Source: Thermoproteota archaeon
Lineage (GTDB): Archaea; Korarchaeota; Korarchaeia; Korarchaeales; Korarchaeaceae
Assembly: GCA_027492205.1 (NCBI GenBank)
Contig: JAOZFN010000009.1
Location: forward strand, 97,316-161,315
Direction: 5' to 3'
Length of the DNA: 64,000 nt
This document shows, piece by piece, positions 1 through 10,194 of this stretch. The position numbers and the translations under genes are program-made. Under the pieces are notes generated by a model, which searched no databases, had not been told where the DNA came from, and saw only the letters and a list, made by a program, of their open reading frames with translations. Within the stretch, counting starts at the first letter, position 1; each line of letters opens with the position of its first letter.

Positions 1-121
1 TGTAACCCGACCTGATGGCCGCGTCTGCTATAACGTGAGATATCAGAACGGAACCCTGGCCGCCAACTCCGGCGACCAGCATCTGGAAGACGGCCCTTCC
101 CGCTCCCACTCTCTCTCCCAT
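1..121 (-). CDS. iorB: Indolepyruvate:ferredoxin oxidoreductase beta subunit, N-terminal part (runs off window)
   Basis: Manual translation from ATG at 121: MGERVGAGRAVFQMLVAGVGGQGSVLISHVIADAAIRSGY; GVGGQG motif; directly downstream of iorA with GGGGGTGG SD-like site. Confidence 0.85.
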   Translation of the reverse strand, partial: MGERVGAGRAVFQMLVAGVGGQGSVLISHVIADAAIRSGY

Positions 122-133
122 GTGACCACCCCC

Positions 134-2098
134 TCAAGAGCCCTCCTTCGGGACTATCGCGTCGGTCGGACACACCTGCGCGCACATGCCGCATCCCACG
201 CACAGGACTTGGTCGATGAAGGCCTTGTTCGTGTCCACGTCGAACGCGTTCGCCGGACAGCCGAACTGCACGCAGAGCCTGCAACCGATGCACTTGTCCG
301 GGATGACGACGTAGGTCCTCGTGGGCCTGTACTCCCTCAGCCTCATGGCCTGCAGGGTGCACACCTTGTCCGCGATCACCAGCGCGGGGCCGTCGGCCTC
401 GGGACTGGACAGGTAGTCGAGGGCCTCCTCTATAGCCTGCTGGATGGCCTTGAGATCCCACGGGTTCGCCCTCCTGATGAAGCGGACGCCCATGGACCTG
501 GCGACCTCACCTATGTCCAGCCTGTTCGTGGGCTGACGCCTGGCCGTGATGCCCGTGGTGGGGCTGGGCTGGTGGCCGGTCATGGCCGTCCACCTGTTGT
601 CCATCACCAGGAGGAGCACCTTGGCCTTGTTCACCACGGCCTCGACCACCGCCGGAAGGTCGGCGTGGAAGAACGTGGAGTCTCCCGCGAGGCCCACTAT
701 CTTTCCGTCCCTGTACCCGGCGTGGAACTCGCCTATCGAGGTACCGAACCCGCCGCCCATGATGTAGTTGGTGTCTATCATCTCGTACGGGGCCTCGGCG
801 ACGTACTTCCTGGACTCCTCGGAGAAGCTGGGCTCCACCTTCTTGGCCACTATGCCGTACCCTCCCTGCTCGTAGCACCCTATGTCGCCGTTCACGATGG
901 GAACCTTGCCTCCCTTCCTGGCCAGAGCCAGCTTGAGGCCCCAGTAGGTCCCGAGGTGCGGACATCCGGCGCACAGCATCGAGGATCTGGGGGCCACGAG
1001 GTCCTTCAGGGCCTCCCCCGCCGGCCTAAGGGGCTTGAACTCCACCCCCGCCAGCCTGGCCAGCGCCGCCGTGACCCTGTTGTGCGAGAGCTCGTCGTAT
1101 GGCTCTATCAGGGAGTTCTCGTGCCTCCCGTAGATCTCGACGTCCGCGTGCATCCTCTGCGCGAGGTCCCTCAGCTGTAGCTCGACCACGGGCTCGTTCT
1201 CCTCGACGACGAGGATCTTCTTGGAGCTCTCGATCAGCCTCCTGACCTTGGACTCCGGCAGCGGGAACGGGGTGGCGAGCTTCAGGAGGTTGACCTCGAT
1301 TCCCAGGCGCTCGACGGCCTCCCTGACGTAGCCGTAGGCAATGCCGCAGGCCACCACTCCCACGTCGGAGTCGTTGATCTCTAGGACGTTGAACGGCTCT
1401 CCAATCTCTTCGACGGCCCCCTTCACCTTGGGGAGCTGCTCGAATAGCCACTTGTGCTTGGCGACGGGCCCTGGGGGGCCGTAGACGTTCCACCGGTAGG
1501 GCATCTTCCAGTGCCTGTCGAAGGCCAGCCTGTTCCTCTCCCTCCTCATCTCGCCGAGCGTGACGTCCCCACTGGAGTGGCTGATCCTGGTCAGCGAGCG
1601 GACCATCACCGGGAGCTCGAGCCTCTCAGAGAGGTCGAAGGCCATCTTGGTGAGGTCCTTGGCCTCCTGCTGATTCGCCGGCTCCAGGCAGGGTATCTTG
1701 GCGTACATGGCGACCATCCTGGTGTCCTGCTCGTTGGACGAGTAGTGGGCGCCGGGGTCGTCGGCCACGTAGACGACGAGCCCTCCCCTCACTCCCCCGT
1801 ACACGACGGTCATCAGCATGTCCATTATCCAGTTCAGGCCCGCGTTCTTCATGGTGGCCATGGATCTCGCGCCTACTATAGCCCCGCCGACGGCGACGTC
1901 GAAGGCAACCTTCTCGTTCGTCGCCCACTCGACATGGGCGTCTATGTCGGCCTCGCTGAGCGCCTCTATGACCTCGGAAGAGGGAGTGCCGGGGTAGCCG
2001 GAGACCAGCTGAACGCCAGCCTCTATGGCCCCCCTGGCCACTGCGTGGTTTCCCATCAGGAGCACTCTCTTTCCAGGGGCATCCTCATCGATCCTCAA
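134..2098 (-). CDS. iorA: Indolepyruvate:ferredoxin oxidoreductase alpha subunit
   Basis: MGNHAVARGA, GYPGTPSSE, NEKVA, LCAGCPH, GDIGC, TPP motif GDSTFFH...DN, C-terminal 2x[4Fe-4S] ferredoxin domain. Confidence 0.93.
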   Translation of the reverse strand: MRIDEDAPGKRVLLMGNHAVARGAIEAGVQLVSGYPGTPSSEVIEALSEADIDAHVEWATNEKVAFDVAVGGAIVGARSMATMKNAGLNWIMDMLMTVVYGGVRGGLVVYVADDPGAHYSSNEQDTRMVAMYAKIPCLEPANQQEAKDLTKMAFDLSERLELPVMVRSLTRISHSSGDVTLGEMRRERNRLAFDRHWKMPYRWNVYGPPGPVAKHKWLFEQLPKVKGAVEEIGEPFNVLEINDSDVGVVACGIAYGYVREAVERLGIEVNLLKLATPFPLPESKVRRLIESSKKILVVEENEPVVELQLRDLAQRMHADVEIYGRHENSLIEPYDELSHNRVTAALARLAGVEFKPLRPAGEALKDLVAPRSSMLCAGCPHLGTYWGLKLALARKGGKVPIVNGDIGCYEQGGYGIVAKKVEPSFSEESRKYVAEAPYEMIDTNYIMGGGFGTSIGEFHAGYRDGKIVGLAGDSTFFHADLPAVVEAVVNKAKVLLLVMDNRWTAMTGHQPSPTTGITARRQPTNRLDIGEVARSMGVRFIRRANPWDLKAIQQAIEEALDYLSSPEADGPALVIADKVCTLQAMRLREYRPTRTYVVIPDKCIGCRLCVQFGCPANAFDVDTNKAFIDQVLCVGCGMCAQVCPTDAIVPKEGS

Positions 2099-2195
2099 AG
2101 TCGACCCCCCGACCGCCGAGTCCGGACTGTAAAAAACGGTGGCCCTACTTGAGGGGCACGGAGGCTATCGAAGAACTGCTCTGAGAGGTCGTTCT

Positions 2196-3539
2196 CTATC
2201 CCTTTCTGGACCTCCACAGGTTATAGAGCGCGACCACAGCCCTCTCCGGCGTGGGATAAACCGGTATCCCAGCTTCGTAGAACTTCCTCCTCTCCTCGAC
2301 CTCGATGTCTCCTCCGCCCAGGTAGGCGACGAGGATTGGCTTCTCGGTCTCCCTGAGGTGCTTCTCAATCACCTCAAAGGCTCCCGGGATGGGGTCACCG
2401 AATATTAGTATGTAAGAGTCTATTCCATCGTGATCCTTCGTGATCTCTAGTGCCTTGTCGTAGAGCTCTGCGTATGCGCTCCCAGTGAGGTCTAGAGGGT
2501 TCCTGATCACGCAGAAGTATGGGAGCTCTTCTCTGAGCCTGCTGAGCACATCTTCAGACAGCTTAGCTAGCTCCATCCCTCTCGACTCTATTGCGTCGGC
2601 GGCCAGTATGCCGGAGCCGCCGGAACTCGTAATCACCATGACCCTCGGGCCCTTAGGAGGCTTGAAGGCCGCGAGGGCCTTGGCCGCGTCGAAGAACTCC
2701 TCCAGAGTATCGACGGCTACGGCGCCTGTCTGCCTGAACACCGCCTCGTAGACCTCCGCCGAGCCGGCGAGCGTTCCCGTGTGCGACGCCACCGCCTCCG
2801 CCCCGGCCTCCGTCCTACCGGCCTTGATAACCACCACGGGCTTCCTGGAGGCGCACCTCCTGAGGGCCTCCATGAGCTCCCGGCCCCTCGACGTGCCCTC
2901 CAGGTAGAGAGCAACGACCTCAGTGTCGGGGTCGTCGGCGAGGTAGTTCAGCATGTCCACCTCGTCCACGTCGGCCTTGTTGCCGAGGGCGGCGAACTTG
3001 CTCATGCCTATGCCCTCCCCCTCCAGGCCGGTGGCCATGAACGCGGCGACCGTCCCGCTCTGGGACACGACGGCCACGGGTCCCCTCCTTGTGGAGAGCG
3101 GCCAGGTGGCGCAGAGGCCGACGTGCGGATTGTTGATGCCTTGGCAGTTCGGCCCGATGAGCCTGGCCCCGCCCTCCCTCACCGCCCGGACGAGCCTCCT
3201 CTCCAGCTCGACTCCCTCGCCGCCTACCTCCCTGAACCCGCCCGAGATCACGACGAATCCCTTGACTCCCTTTTGAACAGCCTCCTTCACCGTGTCGGGC
3301 ACGAACCGGGCGGGGATGACTATCACGGCCAGGTCAACGGGTTCGGGGATCTCGGAGATGGAGTGGTAGCACTTCAGCCCCATGATCTCGTCCGCCTTCG
3401 GGTTTACCGGGTATATCTTGCCCCGAAAGCCCGCGTCGATTATGTTCTTCAGGATCTCGTACCCGAGCTTTCCGGGCGTCCTGGAGGCACCTACCACCGC
3501 CACAGAGCCCGGATTGAATATCGAGTCCAGCTCCCCCAT
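2196..3539 (-). CDS. acdA: ADP-forming acetate/acyl-CoA ligase alpha subunit (CoA-binding)
   Basis: SVAVVGAS..PGKLG, YPVNPK, GPNCQG, SQSG, phospho-His motif ASHTG, NPLDLTG. Confidence 0.9.
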   Translation of the reverse strand: MGELDSIFNPGSVAVVGASRTPGKLGYEILKNIIDAGFRGKIYPVNPKADEIMGLKCYHSISEIPEPVDLAVIVIPARFVPDTVKEAVQKGVKGFVVISGGFREVGGEGVELERRLVRAVREGGARLIGPNCQGINNPHVGLCATWPLSTRRGPVAVVSQSGTVAAFMATGLEGEGIGMSKFAALGNKADVDEVDMLNYLADDPDTEVVALYLEGTSRGRELMEALRRCASRKPVVVIKAGRTEAGAEAVASHTGTLAGSAEVYEAVFRQTGAVAVDTLEEFFDAAKALAAFKPPKGPRVMVITSSGGSGILAADAIESRGMELAKLSEDVLSRLREELPYFCVIRNPLDLTGSAYAELYDKALEITKDHDGIDSYILIFGDPIPGAFEVIEKHLRETEKPILVAYLGGGDIEVEERRKFYEAGIPVYPTPERAVVALYNLWRSRKG

Positions 3540-3818
3540 CTCGGGCCTCCTCGCGGTTTGGCTGGTTAAAAGTGGATAACCCCTCCCCTCACCTCGGAGG
3601 GGCGGACCCCAGTCCCTCCCGGTAATCGGCGAGCGGACCTCGAGGGGGTCCCCCTGATCGGATCTTGGTGGTGGCCCCCGTCGGCGGGGAACCCTCCCCC
3701 TTCTCCCCTTTCCTTTCTCTCTCAGTTTGTGATGATTGCTTACATCGAGCGCCTCTTTGGTACAGAGGGACGTGTTGTGGGCGGCGATCAGAAGGGGGGC
3801 GGGCCTTAAAGGTCGTCG

Positions 3819-4550
3819 ATGTGGGGGGAGGGTGGGTTGTTCGACCCGGGGTCCTTCCGAATATTTGAGCGGCTGGCCGAGAGGTACGACTCTTGGTATG
3901 ACAGGCCGGAGAACGTGCCGCTCTTTGAGTCAGAACTCGCCTGCGTTCAGAGGATGTTGAGAGGGTTCCCCCGGCCCTGGATCGAGGTAGGGGTGGGCTC
4001 CGGGAGGTTCGCCGAGGGACTGGAGATCGACCTGGGGATCGACCCGGCCCTCGCCCCCCTTAGGCTGGCCAGGCGAAGGGGGGTAGAGGTGATCAGGGCG
4101 AGGGCCGAGAGCCTTCCGCTCGGGGGCTCGAGCGTCGGGGCTGTGGTGATGGTGGTCACCATGTGCTTCCTAGACGACCCCAAGAGAGCCCTCAGGGAGG
4201 CGAGCAGGGTTCTCAAGCCCGGAGGGGGACTCGTGCTGGGCCTGGTCCTCAGAGAGAGTCCCTGGGGCAGGTTCTACCTGAGAAAGAAGGAGGAAGGCCA
4301 TCCCTTCTACAGGGCCGCCAGATTCTTCTCGTCAGATGAGCTGATTCGCCTCGTTAGGGAATCAGGCCTGAAACCCTTTGGGTGGAGCTCCACGATCTCC
4401 AGGCCGCCTGGCGATGGTCCCTACGTGTTTGAGGAGCCAACACCCGGTTTGGACTTGGAGAAGGGCTTTCACTGCCTTGCGGCCGTTAAGCCGCCTGGGG
4501 AATCCTCCGAAGGGAGAGACGGTCCAGACAGCGGCCTCTCCCCGAGGTAA
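3819..4550 (+). CDS. Class I SAM-dependent methyltransferase
   Basis: F..AERYDSWY, EVGVGSGRF motif I, AESLP, EASRVLKPGG. Confidence 0.85.
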   Translation: MWGEGGLFDPGSFRIFERLAERYDSWYDRPENVPLFESELACVQRMLRGFPRPWIEVGVGSGRFAEGLEIDLGIDPALAPLRLARRRGVEVIRARAESLPLGGSSVGAVVMVVTMCFLDDPKRALREASRVLKPGGGLVLGLVLRESPWGRFYLRKKEEGHPFYRAARFFSSDELIRLVRESGLKPFGWSSTISRPPGDGPYVFEEPTPGLDLEKGFHCLAAVKPPGESSEGRDGPDSGLSPR

Positions 4551-4603
4551 AGTTATTGAGCACCCGGACCGGGCAACCTGGACCCCACATTAGGGGTGAT
4601 CGC

Positions 4604-5944
4604 ATGGTTCGCAGGCCGAAGATCGTGGTTGAGCCCCCGGGACCCAAGGCGAGGGAACTCATCGAGATGGATCGTCAGTACCTCTCGCCAGCCCTCACCA
4701 GGACCGCCCCCCTCGTGGGATACGAAGCCGAGGGGGTGTGGGTGAGAGACCCGGACGGGAACCAGTATTTGGACTTTGGATCCGGCATAGCCGTCACCAA
4801 CGTGGGGCACAGGCACCCCAAGGTCGTCGAGACCGTCAAGAGGGAGGTCGACAGGCTCATCTTCGTCAACAGCTGCGACTTCTACACGATCCCCCAGGTG
4901 CACCTGGCCAAGAAGCTGACGGAGATTACGCCCGGCAGCTTCAAGAAGAGGGTCTTCTTCGTGAACAGCGGGACGGAGGCGGTGGAGTGCGGGATCAAGG
5001 CCACGAGGTACTACACCCAGAGGTACTACTTCGTCGGGTTCATCAACGGGTTCCACGGCAGGACCATGGGCTCCCTGGCGTTCACGACCACCTCACCCGC
5101 CGCCAGGAGGCGGTTCCAGCCCATGATGCCCGGCGTGGTGCACGCCCCCTACCCGTACTGCTACAGGTGCCCGCTCGGACACAAGGAGGGCTACCCGGAG
5201 TGCGGACTCGCCTGCCTCGATTACCTGGAGAACGAGATCCTCGGGCACGTGGCCCCGCCGGACGAGGTCGCCGGAATACTGTTTGAGCCCGTCCAGGGGG
5301 CGGGGGGCTACATCGTGCCGCCCGCGGAGTGGGTCAGGGGTCTCCGGAAGATAGCGGATGAGCACGGCATAGTCCTCATGGACGACGAGGTCCAAGCCGG
5401 CATGGGCAGGACCGGGAGGTGGTGGGCCATTGAGCACTTCGGCGTCGAGCCCGACGTCGTGATGATCTCCAAGGCCATAGCCGCCGGCTTCCCCTTCGGC
5501 GCCTGCGTCGCCAGATCTGAGATACTGGAGTGGGGGCCAGGGGCCCACGAGAACACGCTCGGCGGGAACCCGGTGCTGGCCAGCGTCGCCCTGACCGTAA
5601 TCGACATCATCGAGAAGGAGGGGCTGCTCGAGAACGCCAAGAAGGTGGGAGAGCACATGGTCAAGAGGCTGAGGGAGATGCAGGAGAGGCACGAGATAAT
5701 AGGCGACGTCAGGGGCCTCGGGCTGATGGTGGGCGTCGAGTTCGTGAAGGACAAGCGCACCAAGGAGCCGGCGACTAAGGAGAGGAACAAGATAGTGCAG
5801 GAGGCCTTTAAGAAGGGCCTGCTGCTGCTGGGGGCTGGCAAGTCCAGCCTCAGGTTGGCCCCTCCGCTGATAATCACCGAGGAGGAGGCGGATGCGGGCC
5901 TCGACATCTTGGAGGAGACGATAAAGGAGGTCGCGGGGAGCTGA
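4604..5944 (+). CDS. Class III PLP aminotransferase (GABA/ornithine/omega-amino acid family)
   Basis: NSGTEAVE, FHGRT, EPVQGAGG, DEVQAGMGRTG, SKA Schiff-base Lys; ATG 4604 follows GGGGTGAT SD (ORF-track start 4556 probably too long). Confidence 0.92.
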   Translation: MVRRPKIVVEPPGPKARELIEMDRQYLSPALTRTAPLVGYEAEGVWVRDPDGNQYLDFGSGIAVTNVGHRHPKVVETVKREVDRLIFVNSCDFYTIPQVHLAKKLTEITPGSFKKRVFFVNSGTEAVECGIKATRYYTQRYYFVGFINGFHGRTMGSLAFTTTSPAARRRFQPMMPGVVHAPYPYCYRCPLGHKEGYPECGLACLDYLENEILGHVAPPDEVAGILFEPVQGAGGYIVPPAEWVRGLRKIADEHGIVLMDDEVQAGMGRTGRWWAIEHFGVEPDVVMISKAIAAGFPFGACVARSEILEWGPGAHENTLGGNPVLASVALTVIDIIEKEGLLENAKKVGEHMVKRLREMQERHEIIGDVRGLGLMVGVEFVKDKRTKEPATKERNKIVQEAFKKGLLLLGAGKSSLRLAPPLIITEEEADAGLDILEETIKEVAGS

Positions 5945-5988
5945 CGCGGGGCTCCCCGCACGTCGTTTTATGTCAAGAAGTGAAAGTC

Positions 5989-7050
5989 TCACTGGATGAT
6001 CTCCCAGCGCTCCCTGGCCTCTCTCAGCTCCCTCGCCCTCTGGGCGTCGCGCACCACCTCGTGAGCCCTTTCAGGTATCCTCAGCTCCTTCTCCACGCCG
6101 AAGAGGGGGGTCGAGAAGTACCTGCGCCCGTCGTCGTTGACCATCGTGGCTATCCTCCGCAGTTCTGGCCTCCTCCTGGACAGCTTGATCGCGGCAGCCA
6201 CGTTGGCTCCCGAGGATATTCCGCAGAGTATGCCCTCCTCCCGGGCCATCCTCCTAGACATCTCGATGGCCTCCTCCGAGGACGCCAAGATGACCCCGTC
6301 GACCACCCCGAGGTCCAGGTTGTCTGGGACGAAGCCGTCCCCTATGCCCTCTATTCTGTGAGATCCCCACCTCCCCTCCGCGAGCACCGGGGCCTCTGCG
6401 GGCTCCACCACGTAGATCCTGACCCGCGGATCCCTCTCCTTTAGGTACCTGCCGACCCCGGTCACGGTGCCAGCTGTTCCGGCCGCCGCCAGGAAGGCGT
6501 CCACCTCCCCGCCCATCTGCTCCCAGATCTCGGGCCCCGTAGTCTTGTAATGCGCCTCCGGATTGGCCGGGTTGGAGAACTGGCCAGGCTCCCAGTACTT
6601 GCCGGGGTTCTTTTCCTTCAGCTCCCTGACCTTCTCGAGCGCCAGGTCGACATCGCTCTCTGCGCCGGGCACGAAGACGAGCTTGGCGCCGTACGCCCGC
6701 ATCAGCATCTTCCTCTCCTCGCTCATCCCCTCGGGCATGACTATGGTCACCGGGTACCCAAGGAGCGAGCCCACCCACGCGCAGGCTATGCCCGCGTTAC
6801 CAGTCGAAGCCTCGATCACCTCCATACCCGGCCTCAGCTCGCCCCTCTCGATGGCCTGTCTGAACATCTCTAGGTATATGCGGTCCTTCAGGCTACCGGT
6901 TGGGCTGAAGTACTCCAGCTTCACGTAGATGTCGGCGGAAACTCCCTCTTCCTTTGGAATCCTCCTCAGTCTGACCATCGGTGTTAAGCCAACGGCCTGC
7001 GTGATTTCATCCAGCGCCTTTGAGTGTCTCAGCCAGTCTACTCCTCCCAA
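5989..7050 (-). CDS. Cysteine synthase-family PLP enzyme (fold type II)
   Basis: KLEYFSPTGSLKDR, EASTGNAG, QFSNPAN, GTAGT, IEGIG, GISSGA; start uncertain (7071 GTG, 7050 TTG or 7032 CTG). Confidence 0.85.
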   Translation of the reverse strand: MGGVDWLRHSKALDEITQAVGLTPMVRLRRIPKEEGVSADIYVKLEYFSPTGSLKDRIYLEMFRQAIERGELRPGMEVIEASTGNAGIACAWVGSLLGYPVTIVMPEGMSEERKMLMRAYGAKLVFVPGAESDVDLALEKVRELKEKNPGKYWEPGQFSNPANPEAHYKTTGPEIWEQMGGEVDAFLAAAGTAGTVTGVGRYLKERDPRVRIYVVEPAEAPVLAEGRWGSHRIEGIGDGFVPDNLDLGVVDGVILASSEEAIEMSRRMAREEGILCGISSGANVAAAIKLSRRRPELRRIATMVNDDGRRYFSTPLFGVEKELRIPERAHEVVRDAQRARELREARERWEIIQ

Positions 7051-7273
7051 CAAGACACCCACGACTCTCACGTCGACCAGGAGTTAAAAGATTATCCAAT
7101 ATTAATCGAACTCCCAGCCAAGTGGCTGTTCAGAAGAGGTACTGAATGTCAACCGGGTATAGGCCAAAATCAGGTAGCTGTAATTGGTAATCATGCGAAA
7201 ATGGTTCTTCGATCCCTCCTCGCATATGTCACCAAGTTAAATCGGCCCCTCTCTCCCGCCGCATGTGGTAACC

Positions 7274-8245
7274 ATGAGGGTTGGGCTGATCGGCTTGGGA
7301 AACATGGGGTACCGCATGGCCGAGCGCCTTCTGGATGAGGGCTTTCAGCTGATCGTGTACAACCGAACGAGGGAGAGGGCACTCCCACTGGCTGAAAGGG
7401 GAGCAGAGGTGGCCTCAAGTCCCAGAGAACTGGCCTATCGGGCGGACGTGATCATAGACATGGTCAGCGACGAGGCGGCGGTCAGGAATACGCTCTTGTC
7501 CGAGGATGGAGCCATCTACGGGGCCAGGCCCGGGGCGGTGGTGGTAGAGATGAGCACCCTCTACCCGCAGTTCGTCAGGGAGCTGGAGGAGGCGGCGAGG
7601 GAGAGGGATATAGGTCTGCTAGACGCCCCCGTGCTGGGCAGCACGACGCAGGCCAGAGAGGGTAGGCTGTCCATCATGGTAGGCGGCGATGAGGATGTCT
7701 ACGAGAGGGCTCGCCCCGTTCTGGACGCGCTCGGCTCACACAGGCTGGTCGGGCCAGTCGGGATGGGGACTGCCTACAAGCTCGTGATAAACGCCATCCT
7801 GATCTCCATGGTCGGTGTCATGGCGGAGGGGCTCGCCCTCGCCGAGGCGATGGGCGTGGACCCGGAGTCGGCGCTTGAGGTGATGGGGGAGCACCCCGTG
7901 GGCAAGGCGGCCGGGTACTACTGGAGGAGGATGTTGGACGACTCCGCCCCAGTGAGGTTCGCCCTCAGGCTGGCCGAGAAGGACATGAGGTACGTGCTCC
8001 GGACGGCGGCGGATCTCCTCAGGGAGCTTCCAATCATGGCGGAGGTCCAGCAGACCTTCCTTCGCGCGAAGAGGCTCGGCCTGGGAGATCTCGACTACTC
8101 GAAAGTGTTCAGATCGCTGGGGGACCGATCCCCGAGGCCCCCATCTAATAATCAACCATTCAGACCCGAAGGAGCACCTTCATCGACCTCTTCGCCTCCT
8201 CGAAGGCCTCCTCGACCCTCTCCAGAGGATAAATCGCTGAGATGA
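7274..8245 (+). CDS. NAD(P)-dependent 3-hydroxyisobutyrate/beta-hydroxyacid dehydrogenase family
   Basis: VGLIGLGNMG, YNRT, DAPVLG, MVGG, catalytic K in AYKLVIN, KDM; Pro-rich tail overlapping the convergent gene is doubtful. Confidence 0.88.
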   Translation: MRVGLIGLGNMGYRMAERLLDEGFQLIVYNRTRERALPLAERGAEVASSPRELAYRADVIIDMVSDEAAVRNTLLSEDGAIYGARPGAVVVEMSTLYPQFVRELEEAARERDIGLLDAPVLGSTTQAREGRLSIMVGGDEDVYERARPVLDALGSHRLVGPVGMGTAYKLVINAILISMVGVMAEGLALAEAMGVDPESALEVMGEHPVGKAAGYYWRRMLDDSAPVRFALRLAEKDMRYVLRTAADLLRELPIMAEVQQTFLRAKRLGLGDLDYSKVFRSLGDRSPRPPSNNQPFRPEGAPSSTSSPPRRPPRPSPEDKSLR

Positions 8246-9092
8246 GGTCGTCCACCCTCACCAGCCCGCGCCTGAGGAGCGAGATCGCCGCCTCAAATGG
8301 CCCGCACCTGCTCCCCACTACTCTCACCTCCTTCACCACCAGGGATGGATCGACCACGGCGCCCTCCGCGGTGGTGGACTTCAGAACGACCGTTCCCATC
8401 GGTTTGACCAGGCGCAGGGCCGTCTTCAGACCTTCTGGCCTGCCAGTGCACTCGACGACCACGTCTGCCGCGTTCTCTATCCCCTCCGCGCTGCCCCGTA
8501 GCTCCGCTCCCAGTCCGCGGAGGAGGCGGAGCTTCCAGTCGTTCCTGTCGATGACGGTGAGCCTGCACCCGGTGAGGGCCAGTACCCTCGCCACCAGCTG
8601 GCCCAGCCTGCCCGCCCCCAGGACAACCGCCCGATCTCTGGGCCTCACCCGTGCGGACTCCAGCACCCTCAGGGCCGCCGCAAGGGGCTCTGTGAACACA
8701 GCCACCTCGTCTGGAATCTCATCTGGGACCGGATGGAGGTTCTCCTCGGGTATTGCCACGAGATCGGCCATGGCGCCGTCTCTGGTGAGGCCTATTACCT
8801 CTCTGCGGAGGCAGTGCTCCCTCACGCCGGCCCTGCAGAACTCACACTCGCCGCAGCCGACGTTGATCTCTCCGACCACCCTCATCTCGGCGTACTTTCC
8901 GTACTGGGCCACGCCGACGAACTCGTGTCCCGGGACCCCGGAGAATCCCTTGTAGCCCCTGAGGAGTTCCAGGTCCGTCCCGCATATCCCCGCGAGCTTG
9001 ACCCTAACCAGGACCTCGCCTGGCCGGGGCCTAGGGTCCTTGTAATCCGGGACGAACCTGACGCGCCCTCCCCCGATCACCGCCGCCCTCAA
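8160..9092 (-). CDS. Zn-dependent medium-chain alcohol dehydrogenase
   Basis: GICGTD, GHEFVG, structural Zn CGECEFC...HC, EPLA, GAGRLG. Confidence 0.9.
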   Translation of the reverse strand: MRAAVIGGGRVRFVPDYKDPRPRPGEVLVRVKLAGICGTDLELLRGYKGFSGVPGHEFVGVAQYGKYAEMRVVGEINVGCGECEFCRAGVREHCLRREVIGLTRDGAMADLVAIPEENLHPVPDEIPDEVAVFTEPLAAALRVLESARVRPRDRAVVLGAGRLGQLVARVLALTGCRLTVIDRNDWKLRLLRGLGAELRGSAEGIENAADVVVECTGRPEGLKTALRLVKPMGTVVLKSTTAEGAVVDPSLVVKEVRVVGSRCGPFEAAISLLRRGLVRVDDLISAIYPLERVEEAFEEAKRSMKVLLRV

Positions 9093-9143
9093 ATCAACAC
9101 CGAGGGGGCCGGGCGGGTGACACAGAAATAGGTGCGGGAGGGT

Positions 9144-10118
9144 TCAGTCCGGGACTATCCAGGTCCCGGTCTTCCCCTCCAGAGCGTCGAGGGCCTTCTC
9201 CAAGTGGGTGATTATAGCGGCCTTCCCGCCGGCCTCCTCGATGAACCTGATGCAGGCCTTGACCTTCGGGCCCATGCTACCGGGCAGGAAGTGTCCCTCC
9301 TCGAAATACTTCTTGGCCTCGGAGACGGTCATCCTGTCTATTTCCCTCTCGTCGGGCTTCCCGTAGTTCAGCTTGACCTTCTCCACATCGGTGAGGATCA
9401 CGAAGATGTCCACCCCCAGAACCTCGGCCAGCCTCTCGCCGGCGAGATCCTTGTCGATGACCGCCTCGACGCCCTTTATCTTCCCGTCCTCCTCGATGAC
9501 CGGTATCCCACCGCCTCCGCTTGCGATCACTATGATGCCGCTGTCGTAGAGCTTCTTGATCGCGTCAGCCTCTAGCGGCCTGATGGGATCCGGGGAGGGG
9601 ACGACCCTCCTGTAGGGCTTGTCGGCGTTGGGCTTCACCTTCTTGATGACCCACCCTCTCTCCTCCGCCAGCCTCTTTGCGGTCTCCTCGTCGTAGAACG
9701 GGCCCACGGGCTTCGATGGGTCCTGGAAGTCCGGGTCATCCTTCCGAACGAGAACCCTAGTGACGACCGTGGCCGCCAGCTTGTCGAGGCCCACCTTCCT
9801 GAACTCGTTCATGAGGGCCTGCTGGAGCATGTACCCGATCTGGCCCTGGGTCATGGCCCCGCACACATCCATGGGCTGAGGTGGAATTCCAAGCCTCTGC
9901 CCCTCCTCCTGCTGAATGAGGAGCGCGCCCACCTGAGGCCCGTTCCCGTGGGTTATGGCCAGGTGGTACCCCCTCTGCACTAGCTTGGCCAGCTGGGCGG
10001 CGGTCTTCTCCACGTTTCGGAGCTGCTCCTCATAGGTGCCCTTCTCCTGAGCCTGCTTTATGGCGTTCCCTCCCAGGGCGACAAGTATCTTCTTCCCCAA
10101 GTCCGTCAAGCGCTTCAC
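9144..10118 (-). CDS. arcC: Carbamate kinase
   Basis: [50 protein letters not shown]. Confidence 0.95.
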   Translation of the reverse strand: MKRLTDLGKKILVALGGNAIKQAQEKGTYEEQLRNVEKTAAQLAKLVQRGYHLAITHGNGPQVGALLIQQEEGQRLGIPPQPMDVCGAMTQGQIGYMLQQALMNEFRKVGLDKLAATVVTRVLVRKDDPDFQDPSKPVGPFYDEETAKRLAEERGWVIKKVKPNADKPYRRVVPSPDPIRPLEADAIKKLYDSGIIVIASGGGGIPVIEEDGKIKGVEAVIDKDLAGERLAEVLGVDIFVILTDVEKVKLNYGKPDEREIDRMTVSEAKKYFEEGHFLPGSMGPKVKACIRFIEEAGGKAAIITHLEKALDALEGKTGTWIVPD

Positions 10119-10194
10119 CTCCGAGAGCGACGAGGTCCGCCCTCCGGAGGGTTAAAAACATGTATCCAATCAGCCCCCCGAGGGTGGAGGGGGC

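Noticed and set aside
8130-8245. 86-bp convergent overlap / Pro-rich tail of the dehydrogenase as a functional feature
   Set aside because: Likely lost stop or indel; TAATAA lies in another frame near 8146
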